Notes under the pieces: generated by a model
Seen by the model: only the letters and a program-made list of their open reading frames with translations
What the model was told of the DNA's origin: nothing
The model's database searches: none
Position numbers and translations under genes: made by a program
Shown here: positions 57,633-64,000 of the stretch, piece by piece
How the letters are laid out: each line of letters begins with the position of its first letter
How positions within the stretch are numbered: the first letter of the stretch is position 1
Origin: an uncultured virus (IMG/VR IMGVR_UViG_3300009784_000011)
Lineage: Duplodnaviria > Heunggongvirae > Uroviricota > Caudoviricetes
DNA: 64,000 nt
Reading direction: 5' to 3' (one strand)
IMG/VR virus record: IMGVR_UViG_3300009784_000011
Span: 1 to 64,000 of that record

Positions 57633-59110
57633 CCGAGCTGAGATTGGACTACGACCGGAGCCTGGTCCCGCAGGTCACGGCCTGGTCCTGTGGAGCGGCC
57701 GCGGCCGAGATCATCTTGGACAGCCTGGGCCGCAATCCCGGTGAGTGGCAACTCATTTCAGAAATTGGCACCCACACCGGCGGCACCGATCACATCGGAT
57801 GGATAGTAGATCGCAGCCTGCGCAAGCGGGTGCCCGAGGCTGACTACCGGGTCGTGGAGATGCCGCGCGACCCGCCGACCGACTCGCAGGCCGAGGCGCT
57901 CTGGCAACACATCACCCGCTCGATTAGGGCCGGCTTCGGGCTGCCGATGAACTGGGTGGTCCCGGCCAACAACCGCCCGCGCGGCGTCAAGGGCTCCATC
58001 AGTCCGGGTTATCCCGCGTCCACCACCTACCACTACGTCGCCTGCATGGGTTTCGCCGAACATGAGGCCGCCGCCAACGTGCCGGGTGGGCGCGCGGTGT
58101 GGATCGCCGATTCGGCCAACTTCGGCAACATCCAGGGATTCTGGATCAGCTTCTGGCAGTGCGCGACGCTGATCCCGCCCAAAGGCTACGGCTGGGCCGC
58201 GGCCTCGCCGATCGTCGTTGAGCCGCCGCCGGCGGTCGTCGCGCCGCCGGCGCCCGGTGACGTCGACCGGGTGGGGCTGCTGACCGAGCTGATGGGCAAC
58301 GCGGTGACCCGCGAGCGGTACGCGGAGCTGCTGGCGCATGTGGCCGACGCGCTGGTGCGTACCGACTGCCTGACCGTCGACCGCATAGCCATGTGGATCG
58401 CCCAGATCGGGCACGAAAGCGTCGGCTTGAAATACTTCCGCGAGCTCTGGGGGCCCACGCCCGATCAGTTGACCTACCAGGGCAGGATGGGCAACGACCA
58501 GCCCGGGGACGGGCAGCGGTACCTTGGACGGGGCCCCTTGCAGGTCACCGGGAAAAACAACTACCGAAACCTCTCGAAGTGGGCCTTCGACCGCGGTTAT
58601 ATCGAGGACCCGCAGCTGTTCGTGACCAACCCCGAGCTGCTGGAAACACCCGAGTTCGGCTTCATGGGCGCCATCTGGTACCTCACCGAATGGCATAACT
58701 GGTATTCGGGCCGCGAGCCGATCATGGTGATGGCCGACCGACGCGACATCCGGGGCGTCACGCACGCGATCAACGGCGGCTACAACGGGCTGCCCGACCG
58801 GGAGGGCCGCTACAACCGGGCGCTGGGCCGCGGTGATGCCCTCCTGGCACTGGTGAGCGCGCCCGAATCCGGGCAGGAACCGCCCGACCTGGAGCCCGAA
58901 CTGCCCTATGTGCCGCCCGGGCCGGAACCCGAGCCGGAATTGCCCTATGTGCCACCGCCCGGGCCGCCTACCACGATTCCGCTGATGCCATCGCCCGAGC
59001 AGTGGGACCAGATGATGGCGCTGCAACGCGAGACACTCGACCTGGTGCGCGACCTGGCCGAGGTCACCGTCCAGATCGCCGGACTGCTCACCGAGCAGGT
59101 GAACCGATGA
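57629..59110 (+). CDS. lysA: lysin A: C39-like peptidase + GH19 glycoside hydrolase
   Basis: QVTAWSCGAAA...HYVA...IADS (C39-like); AMWIAQIGHES...YLGRGPLQVTGKNNY...INGGYNGLPDR (GH19). Confidence 0.92.
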   Translation: MTELRLDYDRSLVPQVTAWSCGAAAAEIILDSLGRNPGEWQLISEIGTHTGGTDHIGWIVDRSLRKRVPEADYRVVEMPRDPPTDSQAEALWQHITRSIRAGFGLPMNWVVPANNRPRGVKGSISPGYPASTTYHYVACMGFAEHEAAANVPGGRAVWIADSANFGNIQGFWISFWQCATLIPPKGYGWAAASPIVVEPPPAVVAPPAPGDVDRVGLLTELMGNAVTRERYAELLAHVADALVRTDCLTVDRIAMWIAQIGHESVGLKYFRELWGPTPDQLTYQGRMGNDQPGDGQRYLGRGPLQVTGKNNYRNLSKWAFDRGYIEDPQLFVTNPELLETPEFGFMGAIWYLTEWHNWYSGREPIMVMADRRDIRGVTHAINGGYNGLPDREGRYNRALGRGDALLALVSAPESGQEPPDLEPELPYVPPGPEPEPELPYVPPPGPPTTIPLMPSPEQWDQMMALQRETLDLVRDLAEVTVQIAGLLTEQVNR

Positions 59111-59649
59111 GCATCGAGGACCTGCGCCGGGCCGCCGAGCGACTGGCGACCGCCGCACGGATACCGCCCACCGAGGCGGCGCCCCAGCTCCCCGTCACCG
59201 GCCTGGTCGCCTCCATCCAGGAGGAGCTACTGGCCCAGCCGTGGCTGCGCGAGGTGTACCCGGGCCTGTCGGTGACGGGGATACTCGACGGCGCGACCAA
59301 GGCCGCGCTCACCGAGTTCCAGGAACGTGCCGCGCAGTTCGGGGCCCAGCTCACCGCGATCCCGCTCTCACTACCCCAGCCCCAGGCGCAAATGAGCGCC
59401 CAGTGGCAGCTGCCGCCGGTGCGCGCCGCAGCGCGTCAGCCCCGCGGCTGGTTGGCCGCGGTGATCTCGCTGGTGGGGATGCTGATCACGGTGCTGACCC
59501 TGATCACCGGCCTGGGCATCCTGTCGCCCGACGCCCGCGACGCCATTGCGGTCGTGCTGGCCGTGCTGACCCCGATCGCCGTCTTCTACGCACCAACGAA
59601 GGGAGTGTCCGATGCCGTCACGACTGAGCCGCCGCCGGCTGGACCATAG
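59107..59649 (+). CDS. peptidoglycan-binding domain fused to holin-like membrane helices
   Basis: VASIQEEL...LSVTGILDGATKAALTEFQ (PG_binding_1 pattern) then two hydrophobic helices; directly after lysA. Confidence 0.65.
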   Translation: MSIEDLRRAAERLATAARIPPTEAAPQLPVTGLVASIQEELLAQPWLREVYPGLSVTGILDGATKAALTEFQERAAQFGAQLTAIPLSLPQPQAQMSAQWQLPPVRAAARQPRGWLAAVISLVGMLITVLTLITGLGILSPDARDAIAVVLAVLTPIAVFYAPTKGVSDAVTTEPPPAGP

Positions 59650-60088
59650 GCCGCTTTATCTCGCGGTCCTGATCGGGTTCGTCATCGACTCGGGGATCGT
59701 CTTGAGCCACGCCGCGCTGGGCACCGAGGCCCATGCGCGGCTGTCGACCAGCGCGAGCGACCTGATGGCACTGACGCTGGGCATCTTCTCGCTGGTCTGC
59801 CTGTTCGCCGCCGCGTCGGGAACTCGCTTTAGGCCGCACGCGGATTTGAGGGATACCTACCTGCTGCAAGCGTGGGCCCTGATCCCGGTGGTGCTGGCTG
59901 TCGGCGTGTTCGCTGTGGGCATCGTGGCCACCGTGCCCTGGATCGCCAACATCGAGACGGTGGTGGTGCTGATCTCACTCATCGTCGGGCTGGGCTGGAC
60001 GGCCGTGCACTTCTACCAGCAGGCCCACCGGCTCACGCGCGAGCTGGTCGTCCGGGCAGCCGAGGAGGCACGGCGTGAACAGCAATAA
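59612..60088 (+). CDS. four-helix membrane protein (lysis cassette)
   Basis: Four hydrophobic segments. Confidence 0.7.
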   Translation: MPSRLSRRRLDHRPLYLAVLIGFVIDSGIVLSHAALGTEAHARLSTSASDLMALTLGIFSLVCLFAAASGTRFRPHADLRDTYLLQAWALIPVVLAVGVFAVGIVATVPWIANIETVVVLISLIVGLGWTAVHFYQQAHRLTRELVVRAAEEARREQQ

Positions 60089-60362
60089 CCTCATCGAAAT
60101 ACTGACCCTGGTGTCGGGCATCATCGTGAGCGTCACCGGCGCGCTGACCACGATTCGCAACCGCCGGGCCAACGACACCGCACTCGGGGGCACCGACCTG
60201 GAGCGTGCCAAGGCCACCCAGGACATCGTGCGCGTCGACCAGAGTTACATCGAGCAGGCCGAGGCGATGCGCAAGGAGCTCATTCGGGTCCAGGCGGAGC
60301 TGGTGGCGGCGAGAGCCCGATCGTCCCAGCAGCAGCCACCGCCCACTTCTCCAGCGCCGTAA
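60075..60362 (+). CDS. single-helix membrane protein with coiled coil (lysis cassette)
   Basis: GAGGAGG RBS, N-terminal hydrophobic helix. Confidence 0.65.
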   Translation: MNSNNLIEILTLVSGIIVSVTGALTTIRNRRANDTALGGTDLERAKATQDIVRVDQSYIEQAEAMRKELIRVQAELVAARARSSQQQPPPTSPAP

Positions 60363-60513
60363 CCCGCTTGTGTAATTTGACCAGTTCAGTCCAGACCAGT
60401 GTCTCCACGCCCCAGCGCGGAGGTTTGCCGCAGGGACAGTCGATCGCCGACTCCCAGCACCAGTCTCGTGGTTCGGGTTTGCCACACTTCGAACAGACCT
60501 CGTCTTCACTCAT
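60280..60513 (-). CDS. Cys-rich hypothetical protein
   Basis: MSEDEVCSKCGK...CPCG; last gene of the leftward block. Confidence 0.5.
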   Translation of the reverse strand: MSEDEVCSKCGKPEPRDWCWESAIDCPCGKPPRWGVETLVWTELVKLHKRVTALEKWAVAAAGTIGLSPPPAPPGPE

Positions 60514-60691
60514 CGCCAAATCCTGCCAGTACCTGCTCGAAGCCGTCATCAAGGTCGGCGGGCTCCGCTATCGGCCCCCCTGGAAAACACCGGGCGACCA
60601 GCCTGCTGCGGTCGTCGGGAAAGTGAAACCAGCCCACCTCATCCGGCGTGATGAGGTGGGCGATCGGTTTCCCACAGTGCGCGCACATCAC
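60506..60691 (-). CDS. hypothetical protein
   Basis: CAHCGKPI; coupled overlaps. Confidence 0.55.
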   Translation of the reverse strand: MMCAHCGKPIAHLITPDEVGWFHFPDDRSRLVARCFPGGPIAEPADLDDGFEQVLAGFGDE

Positions 60692-61338
60692 AGCTCGATC
60701 TGCCGCCCGGTCGAAGTCCGGTCGGCGATAGGGCCGGGCTGGTCGAAGTCGATGGCCCGGGCATTGGGAGCCTCGGGCTTCGGCTTCGCCAGCTCGGCGT
60801 AGGCGATCAGCACGTTCTCCAGCTGCTGGCGGGCCCGCTCCATCGGATCGCGGCCCTCGATGGAGGCATACTTCGTGTATTCCACGCGCTCGCTGTCACG
60901 CGACCGGACCGGACCGACGCGCCGGCCGAGTTCTTCGGTGCGGTACTCGGTGCGGTACTCACCCCACATGCAGGTATTACCCGGCATCTGGCGCCACAGC
61001 GGGCCCGGCTTGTCGCGCCACACCACCTCGGCGATCCCGTGGGTGCGCACCCGCTGGGTGAGCAGCGGCTCGCCGCCCCATAAACGGAACTCGTCGCGCA
61101 CGTCGGTGACCTCGACATAGAACGCCGGCGGGTTGCGGATCTCGAGATTCGACCCGTCGTTGAACACGAACGACACGCTGCGGTACTGGTCTTCGTCGAG
61201 GTCAGACACGACCTGCTCGAACAGCTCGCCACCGGCTGCGGGCAGCCGCAACTGCCACCACCACCAGTCCGGCGGCAGGAGCGATGGCCGGCCCGCGCCC
61301 AGGTCGAGCAGCGAGGAGTAGAGCGTGACCTTGGTCAT
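60688..61338 (-). CDS. hypothetical protein
   Basis: 216-aa ORF with phage-like codon usage. Confidence 0.65.
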   Translation of the reverse strand: MTKVTLYSSLLDLGAGRPSLLPPDWWWWQLRLPAAGGELFEQVVSDLDEDQYRSVSFVFNDGSNLEIRNPPAFYVEVTDVRDEFRLWGGEPLLTQRVRTHGIAEVVWRDKPGPLWRQMPGNTCMWGEYRTEYRTEELGRRVGPVRSRDSERVEYTKYASIEGRDPMERARQQLENVLIAYAELAKPKPEAPNARAIDFDQPGPIADRTSTGRQIEL

Positions 61339-61344
61339 GTCGAG

Positions 61345-61548
61345 TTACCACACCTTGCATGATTTACAGAGACCGATTTCGTAGGAACCCTGGACGATCA
61401 TGGCAATAATGCCAGCGATAGCCGCCGTGGCCAAGATCGAAAGGACCAGTGTCGCGATCCAGAATAGGAAGTCCTCGCCGCCCATCGCCACCGCCAGTAG
61501 CACGATCATCAGCACCGCCAGGACGATCCCGGTCACGAACAGGATCAC
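61345..61548 (-). CDS. two-helix membrane protein
   Basis: VILFVTGIVLAVLMIVLLAVAM...; GTG overlapping upstream TGA. Confidence 0.55.
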   Translation of the reverse strand: MILFVTGIVLAVLMIVLLAVAMGGEDFLFWIATLVLSILATAAIAGIIAMIVQGSYEIGLCKSCKVW

Positions 61549-61847
61549 TCGCGGGCGCCCTGCTGCTTGACCTGATAGGCCCACTCGCGAGTGCCCTGCT
61601 GCTTGATCTGATAGATGCGGCCCATCGAGAGGCCCGCAGCTATATGGATCGGCACGGCGGTCAGGCCGGCGTCGAAGGCTTCCACGATCATTTTTTGCAA
61701 CCGTTCCTCGGCGGTGCGTACCACGCTGCGTTTGTGGGCCAGGTCAAGTGCGGCGGCCCGTAACTTTTTACACCAGGCGTCGACGACTTCGGCGCTCGCG
61801 CGGGAATGATGCGTCAGCACCCCACCCTGCCCGTCTACAATTTGCAT
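61545..61847 (-). CDS. HTH DNA-binding protein
   Basis: IVEAFDAGLTAVPIHIAAGLSMGRIYQIK HTH; ATG 7 nt after CATACT box. Confidence 0.65.
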   Translation of the reverse strand: MQIVDGQGGVLTHHSRASAEVVDAWCKKLRAAALDLAHKRSVVRTAEERLQKMIVEAFDAGLTAVPIHIAAGLSMGRIYQIKQQGTREWAYQVKQQGARE

Positions 61848-61920
61848 GTCCGTTAGTATGCCACCACTAGTAACCCTGCCGCGATATACGATGGTGAGAA
61901 GCCGTTGGCATAGGAGCCGG

Positions 61921-62259
61921 GTGAACGACCCCGTTGACGACCTGATCAGCCGGATCGACGCGCTGGTCGACTACCAGATGCACGGCGGCGAGGAAAACGC
62001 CGAGTGGCGCGCCCGCAACCATTATCCCGTTGATGACGCCGGCCACTGCACCTGCCCGGCGTGTAACCGCTACGCAATCCCGCCTGCCTACGCCGAGCGC
62101 CAGGCCGCGCACCACCTCGACCAATACCGCTGCTGGCAGTGCCAGAGGTATCTACCCGTGACGCGCGCCATCATCGGATTGCGACCCGGCACCTTTGGCG
62201 AGCAGGCGATTTGGTGCCAGGAGTGCCTTGATGCCTGGAGCCGAAGTCAGGGCCGATAG
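61921..62259 (+). CDS. Cys-rich hypothetical protein
   Basis: AGGAG RBS; DDLISRIDALVD, three CxxC pairs. Confidence 0.6.
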   Translation: MNDPVDDLISRIDALVDYQMHGGEENAEWRARNHYPVDDAGHCTCPACNRYAIPPAYAERQAAHHLDQYRCWQCQRYLPVTRAIIGLRPGTFGEQAIWCQECLDAWSRSQGR

Positions 62260-62291
62260 AGGAGTGCCCGGATTCGGGCGCTCAGATTCCT

Positions 62292-62693
62292 TCAGAAACC
62301 ACTGAACCGGGGCGGTTCATCCTCGTCTTTAGCCTCGGTCGGCTCTAACGGCTCTAACGGCTCGGGATCGACCACTTCGGCCTGGACGTCCTCGGCTTCG
62401 TCGAGCGGTTGCGACTCAGGTTCGAATAGCTCAGGCTCGTTTTCGGACTGCCCGGTGGATTCGGGCGTCTCGCCACCTGGAACCTCGCCAAAGTGCTCGG
62501 GCGGCTCGTGCACGTCCTCGTTCACTACGCCGTGCAGGCGCGCCACAGCGTCGCTGAGCGCGTCGACTGTCTCGGGCCTGACCTGGCCTGCGGCGACATC
62601 CTCTTTGAGCGCCTTCACCTGGTCCTGCACGGCGTCGATGCTGGCGTGCAGATTTTCAGCGATCTCGACGAGCACGTCGTCGATGTGCGACAT
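62292..62693 (-). CDS. acidic hypothetical protein
   Basis: GGAGGA RBS; coiled-coil N-terminus, E/P-rich tail. Confidence 0.65.
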   Translation of the reverse strand: MSHIDDVLVEIAENLHASIDAVQDQVKALKEDVAAGQVRPETVDALSDAVARLHGVVNEDVHEPPEHFGEVPGGETPESTGQSENEPELFEPESQPLDEAEDVQAEVVDPEPLEPLEPTEAKDEDEPPRFSGF

Positions 62694-62794
62694 GACAAAT
62701 TCCTCCATACGGCGGCGGGATACGGGCCAGAACCGGCACACGCGACAAGTATGCGGTCGCGTGATGAACATGGGGTGGATATGGGCCGACGTGT

Positions 62795-62986
62795 CTAATT
62801 CGGGCAGACCGCCAGTCGCGTGACGCACGGAATCTTACGCGGCTGGCGGTTGATCGGGTTGATGCACATGTGCCACGGGTCGGCATCGCACGTCGGGCAG
62901 CGCCACGCGATGACACGGTAGTAAGCGCGCGGCCAGCCACGCAAAACGCCCCCGAGGTCGAGGTACGGCTGACTAACGGCGTTCAC
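62795..62986 (-). CDS. small zinc-finger protein
   Basis: CPTCDADPWHMC...PCVTR; GTG 7 nt after TAAAAT. Confidence 0.6.
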   Translation of the reverse strand: MNAVSQPYLDLGGVLRGWPRAYYRVIAWRCPTCDADPWHMCINPINRQPRKIPCVTRLAVCPN

Positions 62987-63001
62987 GCCTACTATTTTAC
63001 C

Positions 63002-63556
63002 GTGGCTGTGAAGTTCCTGGAGACGCGAGAAGTCCCCGTGGGTGACCTCAAGAAACATCCCGAGAATCCCAACCGCGGCGATGTCAACACGATAGCCGAG
63101 AGCCTGGAGCAATTCGGTCAGTACCGCTCCATCGTGGCGACCAAAGACCTGACCATCCTGGCAGGTCACCACGTCGTGCAGGCCGCCAAGAACATCGGTC
63201 TGAAAACCCTGCGTGTCGACATCATCTCGGCCAACGCGCAGGACGCCAAGAGGATCATGCTGGCGGACAACCGCATCGCAGACTTGGGCCCAGGGCCCGA
63301 CATCGAGGTGCTCGTCGAGGTGCTGCGCAGCATCGAGGACCTGACCGGGACCGGCTATGACCCGGAATACCTGGAGAACTTCGAGGAAGACGACGAGCCG
63401 CAAGACGACGGGCCGGAGCCCGACGTGGTGCGCCGGCGCATCAGCTTGACCGTCGACTACCGCCTGGCGCGGGCCTGGGATGACCACCGGGCCGGTTACG
63501 ATAACGACACCGACGCGCTGGGCGCCGTGCTGAAGTGGGACGAGCAGACGGACTGA
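63002..63556 (+). CDS. ParB/Srx-like N-terminal domain protein
   Basis: LKKHPENPNRGDV..IAESLEQFGQ...ILAGHH..QAAK...IMLADNR. Confidence 0.85.
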   Translation: MAVKFLETREVPVGDLKKHPENPNRGDVNTIAESLEQFGQYRSIVATKDLTILAGHHVVQAAKNIGLKTLRVDIISANAQDAKRIMLADNRIADLGPGPDIEVLVEVLRSIEDLTGTGYDPEYLENFEEDDEPQDDGPEPDVVRRRISLTVDYRLARAWDDHRAGYDNDTDALGAVLKWDEQTD

Positions 63557-63557
63557 C

Positions 63558-64000
63558 GTGGCCTCACTGGCAGGACTCGATACCTACATCGAGGCGATGG
63601 AGTCGGTGGAGGGTTGGTTCGAGCCCGAGGACGTCTACCTGTTCGACGGGATGCTCTCGGCGCAGCAGCGCCTCATCGGCTCCGGCGACATTCTGGAGAT
63701 CGGCACCTACCGCGGCAAGAGCGCGATCGCACTCGGCTATGGGGTGAACCGGCGCAATAACGAGGAGCTGGTGATCTGCGACCCGTTCGAGCGGTTGCCC
63801 GAGCACAAGCACGCCGAGTCCAACATCGCCTCACTAAACCCGGACGGCTGCGACATCAACCACTTCGACGCGGCACATTTCCTGGCGAACTGGGATAAAT
63901 ACCATGACTGGGAGCCTGAAATCTGGAAGTGCGAGTCGGCCGAACTCAAGCTGCGCCGCCGCGTGCGGTTCGCGCACATCGACGGCTGCCACAGCTATTC
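63558..64000 (+). CDS. class I SAM methyltransferase (Methyltransf_24-like), 3'-truncated
   Basis: VEGWF...GDILEIGTYRGKSAI...CDPF...RFAHIDGCHSY read manually; runs off window. Confidence 0.8.
   Translation, partial: MASLAGLDTYIEAMESVEGWFEPEDVYLFDGMLSAQQRLIGSGDILEIGTYRGKSAIALGYGVNRRNNEELVICDPFERLPEHKHAESNIASLNPDGCDINHFDAAHFLANWDKYHDWEPEIWKCESAELKLRRRVRFAHIDGCHSY

Noticed and set aside
58890..58965. EPELPYVPP duplication in lysin A as a separate element
   Set aside because: Simple in-frame duplication in a Pro-rich linker.
63002..63556. Plasmid-prophage parABS partition system
   Set aside because: No parA in the window; this ParB-N type next to a methyltransferase fits modification-associated clusters better.

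Overview
The whole window is a GC-rich, host-gene-free stretch of a tailed (siphovirus-type) actinobacteriophage genome resembling mycobacteriophages. Left (1-7.7 kb): small leftward genes including an HNH nuclease, then rightward genes for a methyltransferase, a probable small terminase, a RyR-domain protein and a cupin. Middle (7.7-57 kb): a complete virion operon with large terminase, HK97-type portal, an extended prohead protease, glycosyl/sulfotransferases, major capsid, head-tail proteins, major tail protein, frameshifted tail chaperones, a 3394-aa tape measure and long repetitive minor tail proteins. Right (57-64 kb): lysis cassette (C39+GH19 lysin A, membrane proteins), small leftward genes, a ParB-like gene and a truncated methyltransferase. 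I found no integrase, CRISPR, rRNA or full-length tRNA. The most striking element is an insert in the tail region (23.5-24.0 kb): a TTGACA-17-TAGCGT promoter predicts a leaderless mRNA beginning GUG-UAG, in frame with a Pth2-type peptidyl-tRNA hydrolase whose conserved N-terminus has no canonical start after the amber codon, followed directly by a 53-nt anticodon-less tRNA-like RNA ending in ACCA. Other notable signals are a synonymously recoded duplicate of the capsid gene 3' end flanking an endonuclease VII cassette, a dispersed oriented 15-bp motif (CGCCCGAATCCGGGC), and a candidate virion glycosylation/sulfation/methylation system. All product calls come from reading motifs by eye; no database searches were run.
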